Source: a virus
Virus record (IMG/VR): IMGVR_UViG_3300035696_000005
Location: 96,001-160,000 of that record
DNA length: 64,000 nt
Strand: one strand, 5' to 3'
Of the stretch, positions 35,064 to 43,627 are shown in pieces. How positions within the stretch are numbered: the first letter of the stretch is position 1; each line of letters starts with the position of its first letter. Both the position numbers and the translations under genes were made by a program. The notes beneath the pieces were generated by a model. That model did not search any database. It saw nothing but the letters and a program-made list of their open reading frames with translations, and was not told the origin of the DNA.

Positions 35064-35303
35064 CTAATTGGCCGCAATAGATCCACGGCGTTTAAATTCG
35101 ATAGCCTCTCTGGCTTTTTCCAGCGCCTCTTGCATAGGGAGACGCATGCTGCTTGCTGACAGTACTGTCCATAAACGAAGTGGTTCGTCACTATCTTTCA
35201 GCGTTACCTGATAACCTACTTTTGCACCACGCTCAGGAATCCAGGCGACGGTTTCGAAATTCTCGCTTTTCAGTACGCACTGCCTAAAGAAGTCATCTTT
35301 CAT
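35064..35303 (-). CDS. Hypothetical protein
   Basis: SD AGGAG. Confidence 0.65.
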   Translation of the reverse strand: MKDDFFRQCVLKSENFETVAWIPERGAKVGYQVTLKDSDEPLRLWTVLSASSMRLPMQEALEKAREAIEFKRRGSIAAN

Positions 35304-35317
35304 ATAGTCTCCTAAAA

Positions 35318-35396
35318 TGGTGCCCCCAGCCAGCTCCGCCCTGGCACATTCACCGAGTCTCAGTCGATGCTCTCTACTAATCTGGAGTATAGGGGC
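35318..35396 (-). tRNA. tRNA-Leu(GAG), short variable loop
   Basis: ATCGA-CTGAGAC-TCGGT; A73; CCA. Confidence 0.75.
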
Positions 35397-35400
35397 ATAA

Positions 35401-35580
35401 TCAGTTGGCTGAAATTTTCGGATCTCTCCAGACTAAGGAGTCTGTGAGTACGTCAATGTAGTAAAGAATGCGTCCTCTTTCGTCTCGCTCTTTCTTCACC
35501 TTAAGTCCACCAACCTGTTCGTTGATGCGAATGACTTCTTTGATTCCTTCGTCGAATTCTGAGCCAATGATGACCTTCAT
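35401..35580 (-). CDS. 59-aa hypothetical (not in track)
   Basis: MKVIIGSEFDEGIKEV...; TAATG overlap. Confidence 0.6.
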   Translation of the reverse strand: MKVIIGSEFDEGIKEVIRINEQVGGLKVKKERDERGRILYYIDVLTDSLVWRDPKISAN

Positions 35581-35837
35581 TAGTATCCTCCCCTTTTCCT
35601 GATAACCTTACTTTCTTTGAAGCAGTAGTCTAGGTTCACCTTATCAGCGTCTGCTTTGTTTTGACCCCCAGCATGGCTGTTGGCAAGGTAGTATTGCTCC
35701 ACGCCGTCTATGCAACCGTACTCGTACCAGTTGGAACCCGTCATTCGCACGTAAGCGTAGGCAGCGAAGTATGCTGTCGGAATAAACAGCAGCATAACAA
35801 GCACCAGAGCAGCGAGCGACATGGCGATATATTTCAC
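35580..35837 (-). CDS. Small membrane protein
   Basis: N-terminal TM helix. Confidence 0.6.
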   Translation of the reverse strand: MKYIAMSLAALVLVMLLFIPTAYFAAYAYVRMTGSNWYEYGCIDGVEQYYLANSHAGGQNKADADKVNLDYCFKESKVIRKRGGY

Positions 35838-35851
35838 TGACTATCCTTTAA

Positions 35852-35934
35852 TGGTGACCCTGGAGGGACTTGCACCCCCACGCCGAAGCATAAGTTCCTA
35901 AGACTTACGTGTCTGCTAATTCCACCACAGGGCC
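35852..35934 (-). tRNA. tRNA-Leu(UAG)
   Basis: TAAGT-CTTAGGA-ACTTA; long variable arm. Confidence 0.92.
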
Positions 35935-35940
35935 ACATCC

Positions 35941-36477
35941 CTACAAAAAGTCCTTGAGATAAGACTCCCACACAGCCGGATCATTTGGCAAGTACTGGAT
36001 TGTCATCGCAGGCTCCCATGAAGGTTTGAATGGCTCCCTAAGGAGTTTCATTTTAGCTTCTTGAGGTGTCCTGTTTCTCTTCTTCTGGTTGCAAGGTTTG
36101 CAAGCAGTCACGATGTTAGTCCAAGACTTGTAAGAGTCTGGCGTTCGATTACTCTTAGGAATTACGTGGTCAAGCGTGAGCTTGGCTGCTGGAAATTTCT
36201 TACAGCAGTATTGGCAGATGTAGCCATCTCGCCAGAACACGTTGGGCCTGGAGAATTTTACGAAACGCCTCTTATAGTGTCCCGCTCCATTAAGCATCAT
36301 TACGCAAGGAAGATTGAGAGTAAGGCGCTGAGAGCGTATGGGAATATCAGCGTATTCTTCTAAAACATCCGCCTTACCCTCGTAAAGCTTTTCAATGGCT
36401 TTCCTACCATTGATTACATCGATAGGCTGCATGCCTTGATCAAGAAGTAACACACGGACTTTTTCTAAGTTTGCCAT
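35941..36477 (-). CDS. HNH endonuclease (McrA-like)
   Basis: RDGYICQYC...TLDHVIP...WTNIVTACKPCN..K. Confidence 0.92.
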   Translation of the reverse strand: MANLEKVRVLLLDQGMQPIDVINGRKAIEKLYEGKADVLEEYADIPIRSQRLTLNLPCVMMLNGAGHYKRRFVKFSRPNVFWRDGYICQYCCKKFPAAKLTLDHVIPKSNRTPDSYKSWTNIVTACKPCNQKKRNRTPQEAKMKLLREPFKPSWEPAMTIQYLPNDPAVWESYLKDFL

Positions 36478-36504
36478 ACAGCCTCCTCTCTGGGTTTACG
36501 TTAA

Positions 36505-36583
36505 TGGTGCCGGTGATCGGACTTGCACCGATAAGCAGTAAGGTTTGAGCTTACTAGGTATGCTAGATTCCCTTCACACCGGC
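36505..36583 (-). tRNA. tRNA-Leu(CAA), short variable loop
   Basis: GTAAG-CTCAAAC-CTTAC; A73. Confidence 0.78.
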
Positions 36584-37015
36584 TCGTTTCCAATTAAACT
36601 GTTTTGCGGTCCTACGCCTATGGCAGTTTGCACAGCGGACTTCGCATTTACTGATTTCCTCTTCAATGGCTTTCCAGCTGTAGGCACCGCGAACAAGCAG
36701 TGTCACAGCACTGATCTTAAGGTCACGGTCAACGTGATCAAAGTCAAGGACAACCAGATCGTCTTCGCCGCAGTCCACACACGGATGCTCAAGCAAATAC
36801 TTGAAAAGTTTTTCGTAATTCTCTGCCCTAATGTCCTTGTTGCGCTTGCGAGCCTTTTTCTTGTAATAGCCTTTATTATTCTGATAGTGATCGCGAAGCC
36901 TGGCTCTACGGCACTCAGTACAATAAGACCTGCGCGTGCCGGTCTTTGGATTCTTGATGTCAAACTCTTCGATGGACTTCTCAAGCTTACACGGACCAGT
37001 GCAGCGTTTAGTCAT
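36563..37015 (-). mobile_element. HNH homing endonuclease (leaderless); 3' end overlaps the tRNA 5' end
   Basis: CVDCG...LDFDHV...KCEVRCANCH; TTGACA-17-TACACT-7-ATG. Confidence 0.85.
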
Positions 37016-37054
37016 TAAACAGAGTGTAGGTAATAATTTCCGCTATGTCAAATC

Positions 37055-37130
37055 TGGTGCCCGTGATGGGTACTGCCCCCAAAAGACGGCGGATTTTAAG
37101 TCCACCCGATATACTATTCTCTACACAGGC
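37055..37130 (-). tRNA. tRNA-Leu(UAA), short variable loop
   Basis: GTGGA-CTTAAAA-TCCGC; A73. Confidence 0.78.
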
Positions 37131-37134
37131 AAAC

Positions 37135-37208
37135 TGGCGTCGCTTAAGGGAGTTGAACCCTTCTTGTCCGACTGAGAATCGGAAGTCCTACCGATAGACG
37201 AAAGCGAC
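37135..37208 (-). tRNA. tRNA-Glu(CUC)
   Basis: TCCGA-TTCTCAG-TCGGA. Confidence 0.9.
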
Positions 37209-37209
37209 A

Positions 37210-37497
37210 TCAAAGCTTAATCTTATCCCGATACTTCTTCATGGCCCGCTCGACTGTGCCTACGAGCTTTCCTTCGTCCTCGGCTAAGGCAGCGTGTTCT
37301 AGAGCCTCGTGTTTGAGGTCATCGCCCCAATCAAGAAGCCTGCAACGCTCTTTAGGATCAGATTCTTTTGCAGCCAGAATAAAGACAGCCATTGCGCGAG
37401 ATGCCCACTTTGACGCAGTCTCGCGCTCGATCTGTTTTTCGCTTTTAGTCTGAACTTCCTTCATGGCTTCGGCGATATCGAATCCGATTTTGAACAT
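37210..37497 (-). CDS. Hypothetical helical protein
   Basis: 95-aa ORF between tRNAs. Confidence 0.6.
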   Translation of the reverse strand: MFKIGFDIAEAMKEVQTKSEKQIERETASKWASRAMAVFILAAKESDPKERCRLLDWGDDLKHEALEHAALAEDEGKLVGTVERAMKKYRDKIKL

Positions 37498-37512
37498 TTG
37501 TCTATTATATCA

Positions 37513-37588
37513 TGGTGGACTACATGGGAATCGAACCCATCAAAAACTGATTGCAAATCAGCCTACTTCCCCAGCTGTTTCGTAGCCC
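37513..37588 (-). tRNA. tRNA-Ala(UGC)
   Basis: Loop TTTGCAA; G3:U70; A73. Confidence 0.9.
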
Positions 37589-37647
37589 ATTGAAATTTGG
37601 CATTGGGGAGAGCCCGGCAACTAGGCCGTATGACTCTCCCCAATCTT

Positions 37648-37830
37648 TTAGCCGAACAGAATTCGGCGCGCTTGAGTCAGCGTCTGAGCCGACATGAATT
37701 CGGCTTCCACTTTTTTCTCTTGCGCACGCTTCTTGTGAAGCGCTTTGTAGTTGGTCAGACTACGAAATGGGCTTAACACCCATCTTTCCTTCCCGTCCTG
37801 GGTAAGGAACTTCCTCTTGATCTGGTTCAT
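37648..37830 (-). CDS. Small basic protein
   Basis: SD AAGGAGG. Confidence 0.6.
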   Translation of the reverse strand: MNQIKRKFLTQDGKERWVLSPFRSLTNYKALHKKRAQEKKVEAEFMSAQTLTQARRILFG

Positions 37831-37932
37831 AACAGACCCTCCTTCAGCTTTTGAGCGAAGAAGAGGTCTAGAAAGGATCTTCCGTAGTCATAGGCAGATG
37901 ATGCCTGATGATGTTTTCAAAATCAAATTAAA

Positions 37933-38007
37933 TGGCAGGGGATGAAGGTAGTGCGCCCTCTTCTGCTGGTTTGGAATCAGCCGTGTTACTTTTATCACTA
38001 ATCCCCT
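37933..38007 (-). tRNA. tRNA-Trp(CCA)
   Basis: Loop TTCCAAA; G73. Confidence 0.85.
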
Positions 38008-38018
38008 ACTGGAAAAAC

Positions 38019-38093
38019 TGGGGTCGCGTACGGGTTCTGCCCCCGCCTGTTCACCTTGAAAGGATGATGACCTCACTAGAAGTCGAACGCGAC
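38019..38093 (-). tRNA. tRNA-Glu(UUC)
   Basis: TCATC-CTTTCAA-GGTGA. Confidence 0.85.
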
Positions 38094-38098
38094 AAACT

Positions 38099-38175
38099 TG
38101 GGGTGATCGACGGGAGTTGCACCCGCTTACCCTGCTTCACAGGCAGGTACCTCAGCTACTTCGGTTTCAACCACC
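38099..38175 (-). tRNA. tRNA-His(GUG)
   Basis: CCTGC-CTGTGAA-GCAGG; encoded G-1:C73. Confidence 0.92.
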
Positions 38176-38184
38176 ACTGGAACT

Positions 38185-38259
38185 TGGTCGCTACGGGGGC
38201 ACTTGCATCCCCTTCAGCAGGATATGAATCTGCAGCTTTACTTTATAAGCTACGTAGCG
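38185..38259 (-). tRNA. tRNA-Met/Ile2 (CAU)
   Basis: Loop TTCATAT. Confidence 0.8.
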
Positions 38260-38312
38260 AAATGAGCAATCATCAGCCGCCTTCTGCAGTTCGGCTGTAT
38301 CTTCGCTGATGA

Positions 38313-38654
38313 TTACCACTTGGCTGCTTGTTCAGCAGCATGAAACTTTCGATGACAATTTGCGCACAAGATGTCGCATTTTTTTAATTCAATTAGTATG
38401 CGTTCTTTGCTCGCGTGATGAGCCAGTAACTTTGACATTTCTGAATCTTTTTCTGATGGATCTCGATGATGAAAATCCAGGCAAGCTCTGTCTGTCTCTC
38501 CGCATTTTTTGCATTTGATATTCGGCGTAATCTCAACGAACCACTGCCTAATTTCTCTTCTTCGTGCCTGATTTCTTGAGTGATAGGCTTCTTTGTTTTT
38601 GAGGTAATGTTTGCGCTGAGCTGTTCTTTGTTTTTTTGTATCTGAGTAAGGCAT
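38313..38654 (-). mobile_element. HNH homing endonuclease (leaderless)
   Basis: CKKCG...LDFHH...KKCDILCANCH; TTTACA-18-TATGAT-7-ATG. Confidence 0.85.
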
Positions 38655-38701
38655 GGTTCGTATCATACGCTATAGATATGAACTTTGTAAATTTAAAGGA
38701 A

Positions 38702-38766
38702 TCGGGGGAGGTGATTCGATACACCATCTCCGGCTTTCGCCGGGCTCTAACTTAAGCTATCCCCCG
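38702..38766 (-). ncRNA. tRNA-like RNA with a GAAA tetraloop in place of the anticodon loop
   Basis: CGGGGGA/TCCCCCG, GCT..AGC D arm, CCGGC-GAAA-GCCGG, GGTG-TATCGAAT-CACC; no CCA. Confidence 0.7.
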
Positions 38767-38769
38767 TCA

Positions 38770-38841
38770 TGGATGCAGGTCCTAGGGATGCCCTAGGGTC
38801 TTCTGGTTATGAGCCAGACATGGTCTCTCCACTAACCTGCA
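38770..38841 (-). tRNA. tRNA-Met(CAU), atypical T arm
   Basis: TCTGG-CTCATAA-CCAGA; directly after promoter TTGACA-17-CATAGT. Confidence 0.75.
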
Positions 38842-38877
38842 AAATCTACTATGGCAAATCTTGCCGCCTTTGTCAAA

Positions 38878-38950
38878 TGGTCCGCGCTCCGGTTCCGCCC
38901 CGGTCCCTAACTCTTATAAGGAGTTTGTTGTTCTACTCAACTAAACGCGG
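38878..38950 (-). tRNA. tRNA-Ile(UAU)
   Basis: AACTC-CTTATAA-GAGTT. Confidence 0.85.
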
Positions 38951-38982
38951 ATGTATACTGAAAAAGACCATCTTGGAGATAT

Positions 38983-39924
38983 ATGAAAACAGAAAACTTC
39001 TATGTCATCGCAGTGATCAGCAACCCCATTCGTTTCAAAAGCCGCTACGCCCTCTATCAAAAATTTGAAGCAGAAGTCAAGGCCGCAGGAGCACAACTTC
39101 TGACTGTGGAGTGCGCGCTTGGAGACAGACCACACATGGTTACGGAGTCGAATAATCCGTGGCATCTTCAGCTCAGAACCTGGGACGAAATTTGGCATAA
39201 AGAAAACATGATCAATCTTGGGCTAGCACGCCTTCCTTCCAATTGGGAATACGTCGCTTGGATTGATGCCGATGTTTCTTTCATCCGAAAAGATTGGGTT
39301 CTTGAAACCATCCATCAACTTCAGCACTACATGGTTGTTCAAATGTGGGAGACCGCTATTGATCTAGGACCAACCGGTAGCGCTCTTGCGACTCATCATT
39401 CGTTCATTTCTCAGTACATCAAGGGTAAACCTTATTGCTACGGGCGACCTGGCGGCTACTACTATGAACAATGGCATCCAGGCTATGCTTGGGCAGCCAG
39501 GCGCGAAGCAATTGATCATCTGGGTGGCATGATTGATACCGCAATCTTGGGTGCTGGCGATAACCATATGGCACACGCCCTGATCGGTATGCTCGATGGA
39601 TCGATCGCAAAAGGTCTTCACCCAAACTACATCAAGCACCTGACGACGTGGCAAGCTCGTGCTGAACGACATGTTCGTAGAGATGTTGGCTTTGTTCCTG
39701 GAACGATCTGTCATTCGTGGCACGGTAAAAAAGTGGACCGTAAATATCATGATCGCTGGAAGATTCTTGTGAATCACCAGTATGATCCGGATCTTGATCT
39801 TAAGCGCGACTCTCAGGGTCTTTATCAGCTCGTGGATCACGGGACACTCAGAAGTTCTCGTTTTCGCGATGATCTTCGTAGATACTTCCGCGCAAGAAAC
39901 GAAGACTCCATCGATCTAGAATAA
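38983..39924 (+). CDS. Putative GT-A-fold glycosyltransferase
   Basis: YVAWIDADVSF (DxD); SD GGAG. Confidence 0.55.
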   Translation: MKTENFYVIAVISNPIRFKSRYALYQKFEAEVKAAGAQLLTVECALGDRPHMVTESNNPWHLQLRTWDEIWHKENMINLGLARLPSNWEYVAWIDADVSFIRKDWVLETIHQLQHYMVVQMWETAIDLGPTGSALATHHSFISQYIKGKPYCYGRPGGYYYEQWHPGYAWAARREAIDHLGGMIDTAILGAGDNHMAHALIGMLDGSIAKGLHPNYIKHLTTWQARAERHVRRDVGFVPGTICHSWHGKKVDRKYHDRWKILVNHQYDPDLDLKRDSQGLYQLVDHGTLRSSRFRDDLRRYFRARNEDSIDLE

Positions 39925-39925
39925 A

Positions 39926-40000
39926 TGGTGCATCCCCACGGTACTGCCCCGTGTGCACTGCCGTGTAAAAGCAGCCGCTCACTTTTTGCTGTTGAGATGC
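39926..40000 (-). tRNA. tRNA-Val(UAC)
   Basis: CTGCT-TTTACAC-GGCAG. Confidence 0.82.
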
Positions 40001-40001
40001 A

Positions 40002-40074
40002 TGGTAGCCCTACCAGGAATCGGACCTGGGTTTCTTCCATGTCACGGAAGCGCTCTTCCATTGAGTTATAGGGC
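40002..40074 (-). tRNA. tRNA-Val(GAC)
   Basis: CTTCC-GTGACAT-GGAAG. Confidence 0.88.
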
Positions 40075-40084
40075 TATAGGAAAC

Positions 40085-40158
40085 TGGTTGGCCTTCCCGG
40101 TACCGCCCCGAGTTCTTGCGCCTATCAAGCGCAGGCATCACTTTAATGCTTAAGGCCA
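40085..40158 (-). tRNA. tRNA-Ile(GAU)
   Basis: TGCGC-TTGATAG-GCGCA. Confidence 0.88.
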
Positions 40159-40166
40159 GTCTTTTA

Positions 40167-40241
40167 TGGTGGGCCGCCCGAGGCTCGAACTCGGTTCTAC
40201 GGATTAAGAGTCCGCTGTGTCACCCGGTACACTTGCGACCC
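40167..40241 (-). tRNA. tRNA-Lys(CUU)
   Basis: GCGGA-CTCTTAA-TCCGT. Confidence 0.92.
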
Positions 40242-40264
40242 ACAAAAAATGGTATATGGTTTAG

Positions 40265-40338
40265 TGGTAGGCCCGAACGGTACTGCCCCGTTTTCCTTAG
40301 GTTAAAAGCCTAATGTATCACTTTAATACTTCGAGCCC
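40265..40338 (-). tRNA. tRNA-Lys(UUU)
   Basis: TTAGG-CTTTTAA-CCTAA. Confidence 0.9.
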
Positions 40339-40340
40339 AC

Positions 40341-40415
40341 TGGAGCCTCCGGTGTGAATTGCACACACGCTTTCTCTTTTGCAGAGAGATATCTCCCTAA
40401 TTCGATCACGGAGGC
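40341..40415 (-). tRNA. tRNA-Cys(GCA)
   Basis: TCTCT-CTGCAAA-AGAGA; U73. Confidence 0.9.
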
Positions 40416-40424
40416 ATAGAAAAT

Positions 40425-40500
40425 TGGAGCCAGCTCCGGCGTTCGCATCCGGTTTACCTGCTTACAAGACAGGAGTTTTACTACATAGAACTAAGCTGGC
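40425..40500 (-). tRNA. tRNA-Thr(UGU)
   Basis: CCTGT-CTTGTAA-GCAGG. Confidence 0.9.
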
Positions 40501-40501
40501 A

Positions 40502-40576
40502 TGGAGCCTCCACACGGACTTGCGCCGAGCTATCAGCTTTACGAAAGCTGCACATCGCTATCTATGTTTTGAAGGC
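40502..40576 (-). tRNA. tRNA-Thr(CGU)
   Basis: CAGCT-TTCGTAA-AGCTG. Confidence 0.88.
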
Positions 40577-40585
40577 ATTGAAAAA

Positions 40586-40660
40586 TGGCGGAGCTAAGGG
40601 GAATTGAACCCCTGTTTTCCGATCGACAGTCGGATGTAATTGCCACTATACGATAGCTCC
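40586..40660 (-). tRNA. tRNA-Asp(GUC)
   Basis: TCCGA-CTGTCGA-TCGGA. Confidence 0.92.
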
Positions 40661-40783
40661 GTGGTAAATATGTTCATGCTCATGTTTGAAGTCACCGCTC
40701 AGGCGTCACCCTGACTTGGTTCTGAATATCCTGTAGGTTTCCCCACAGGGTCCAACTTCATCTACAAGCACTGCTTTTCAAAT

Positions 40784-40828
40784 AGCTAAAAAACAAAGAG
40801 CCAGCCCTGGTTTCCCGGGGCTGGCTCT
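40784..40828 (-). terminator. Terminator/attenuator upstream of the main tRNA array
   Basis: 14-bp stem + TTTGTTTTTTAGCT. Confidence 0.8.
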
Positions 40829-40855
40829 ATCAGTTCAAACTTTTTAGTTATCCCT

Positions 40856-40972
40856 TTAGATCCAGCCCCTCTTAGTACCCGGTTCAATACCGGTGACCAA
40901 ATGAGCGCACATATCCAGTCCACGCTTTGTGGCTGGTTTTGCTGCTCTGAGGTTGGACCATAGGTTAAACAT
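40856..40972 (-). CDS. 38-aa leaderless peptide
   Basis: TTGCAA-17-TATTCT-7-ATG; MFNLWSNLRAAKPATKRGLDMCAHLVTGIEPGTKRGWI*. Confidence 0.55.
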   Translation of the reverse strand: MFNLWSNLRAAKPATKRGLDMCAHLVTGIEPGTKRGWI

Positions 40973-41070
40973 AAGTTTAAGAATAATGGGGTTAGGAAGA
41001 AGTTGCAACATTTATTTTTGAATAGCTAAAAAAAGACCTGCTCTCCAGAAGAGCAGGTCTTTTTATTAGT

Positions 41071-42410
41071 TTAGGAGTTGGGCGACGACCGCACTTCGGA
41101 ACGAATATTGTGCGTTACCGCGCCGTATTCATTAGTTTGCGTTACTCCTTTCTTATTCTTAACGCTTACCCGAACCTTGGTAATTTCTTCAGTTCGTGGA
41201 ACGGATTTTTCAACCATGTCGTACAGTTTGTTCCAGATAGATTCTGTCCTGCCGAAAGCGTAAGTGTTCTGCTTACCCGTGATTTTTAGCAGAGCATAAT
41301 CTAAGAGGCTTTGCAGAGTTTTATCCACAAACTCTTTAACGTCTTCGAACGGCATGATGAATTCTAGATCCTGCCCGTTTTCACCCAACCTAACCAACTG
41401 CCTGTATGCAGACAAGATAGGCATGCGAATCGAATACATCAAAAGATAATCGATTTCTCCATTAAGGAAGACAAGCTGTTTATACTTGGCCTTCTTTCCA
41501 GTAGTTTTATGGGCATATGTTCTAATCTGAGAAACCTCTCCATCGAATCTCTTACTGAGGTATCTGGAAGATAGTAACAGCACATAATCCATTAGAGCCG
41601 CAAACTGCGGTCTAATCTTTTCTCTGGCCCTCACCGCTTCCGGATCAGATTTAAACCTGTCGATAACAAGGTCATCTCCGCAAACGTTGATAAAAATTGG
41701 AGCCCTCCTCTTTCCAAGGTAGGTATGCCCATCCAATGCCAAATCGAGTTTAGCTAAATCAACGCAAGACCAGGTTGTGTCTGGCTGGTTCTCTTTTCTT
41801 TCAATCTTATCTCTGGACGGGTGATTCTCGAAACTAACTTCAAAAGTATCGAATACGCCGCCAAGATAGGCAAAAGAAGACGATTTAACCTTGTTGCTTG
41901 AGTTAAGCCGAAAAGATGTCGACAAAAGATCTTCTCTAGTTTCAGTAAAGCCCTCAATCAACCAGATACTCTGTTCGACATTGAACGGTTATCTTTGGCA
42001 TCCATCAGAGTTTTGTAAAGATTTTGACCGTTAACAATTCCTCCGATAGCCATTTCCCCCAAATTGCAGTCGAATGTGACAGTATCCCCGTCACTATCCA
42101 ACTCTCCAATGAGGACATGGATGGCATTATTGCTTACCAGATGTGTACCCGCTTCTTTTGGAATATGTAGGGATTTTTCGATTCCTCGGATGACCTTGTT
42201 GCTTTCTGGGACAGGATATCTGGCATTAGAATCGTTTCTAACCACTTGGGCGTTTTTCAGATCCTTCAAGGTAGTTACGATCCATGTCACTCTCCTCACC
42301 CTATCCCACTCACTTTCCGGAAAAAATTCTAGAAGCTTCGTATCAGTATTCCGGATCGTTGATTCGTAAGTACTGCGATGCTTAACTTTGAGGGTAACGA
42401 TAGTATTCAT
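41071..42410 (-). pseudogene. AIPR-like gene split by a -1 frame change
   Basis: ORF1 has NAR...KSL...NNAI...IVNGQN; ORF2 continues IEG...LNSSNKVK; the frames overlap around 41958-41990. Confidence 0.65.
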
Positions 42411-42494
42411 AAATTTCTCCTTTAGCTTCTTATAACCATTTTTGTGGTATTTTTACTCTGGTAAAAAGACCCCCTCCATAGGGTCTTTATCGAA

Positions 42495-43040
42495 CTAGAT
42501 GTTCAAGTGCCCGTTGAAGTGCTTCTTCAGGTCTTTGATGGTGTACCTGATATGTTCCATCGGCGGCTGATAACCAGGGCTGATCCAGTACTCGCTGATC
42601 GTAATTTCTTTACCGGTATACTTATTGAAGGTCCCGGAATCCCTACGATAGACAAGCCAGTACTTCTCAGTCCTGAGCGAAATCCTCCACCGAACCAAAC
42701 CACCAACGAACTTCAGTTGAAGCTCATTGGCCTGATCTAGATTTCGCCCCGTAAGCATGTGGGTAGAGAAAGTCATTTCAGCTGTATCCCAAATGTGGTT
42801 TACATCCACGTGAGGGACAGCGCTTTTATGACCAACGAGGAAGCCAGCCTTAGTGAAAATTAGTTTTCCGGCCATAGTTCCGTTACTGACCAGATCATCG
42901 AGTGCGACATCGAGGATGTCACAATCTTTCCCGAATCTACGAGCGCCAACTTCTGTCTTGGCTTTTTGAAGGATGTCGTAGCTTTCTGCATCCTTGGGAT
43001 TAACCCAATAGTCTTTGTGAGTCACATCGAACAAGTACAT
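42495..43040 (-). CDS. Hypothetical protein
   Basis: SD GGAGG; terminator after. Confidence 0.7.
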   Translation of the reverse strand: MYLFDVTHKDYWVNPKDAESYDILQKAKTEVGARRFGKDCDILDVALDDLVSNGTMAGKLIFTKAGFLVGHKSAVPHVDVNHIWDTAEMTFSTHMLTGRNLDQANELQLKFVGGLVRWRISLRTEKYWLVYRRDSGTFNKYTGKEITISEYWISPGYQPPMEHIRYTIKDLKKHFNGHLNI

Positions 43041-43120
43041 AATTACCTCCTATGTTCTTGCGAGAGTATTCGAACGACCTAGACCATCCAGGTTCCTTCG
43101 AAGCACTTCTCATTGTGTTG

Positions 43121-43339
43121 TTAATACGTTCTAGAGTAGTTCCCAAACCTCAAACGAGCTTTGGCTTCTCCAGCATCCCCGTAGTAATCGCTTTCGCGGC
43201 TATACGGACCACAGTCACAGAGAGTTCCGATGTAGTAACCATTACCGCATCCGATCACTGTGATCTCTGGAATTTTTTTGCAACAGCCGCATACTTTAGG
43301 TGCGCCCGTTGCCATAGTTGTGTTAACTTGCGTTTCCAT
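43121..43339 (-). CDS. Small Cys-rich phage protein
   Basis: CGCC...GYYIGTLCDCGPYSRESDYY. Confidence 0.65.
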   Translation of the reverse strand: METQVNTTMATGAPKVCGCCKKIPEITVIGCGNGYYIGTLCDCGPYSRESDYYGDAGEAKARLRFGNYSRTY

Positions 43340-43598
43340 ACTTACTTTTCCAGCCACCACTTATTCCTATTCATACGTCCTCCTCAACGGCACCTAAGCC
43401 ATGCCGTAACAAACATTATTCCCATTCCGACGGACACAGCCACCGACGTAAGCAGTATGTCCTTCCCGACTAGTATTACGATATTCATCTGACACCTTCC
43501 CGATAGTTAAAGAAAAAGCCATAAGCCTAGTTGCGAGGCTAAACTTATTTCTTTTCCTCATTATTCTTATACCCGGATCATGAGTAATTTTGCCCGCT

Positions 43599-43627
43599 TG
43601 ACGGCAGGCTTTTCCTAGGATAGATTT
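43599..43627 (+). promoter_or_regulatory. Sigma70-like promoter
   Basis: TTGACG-17-TAGATT upstream of 43690 (approximate coordinates). Confidence 0.55.

Noticed and set aside
37831-37920. Amber mini-ORF MTTEDPF* as another read-through client
   Set aside because: There is no SD, and read-through would hit TGA within 8 codons.
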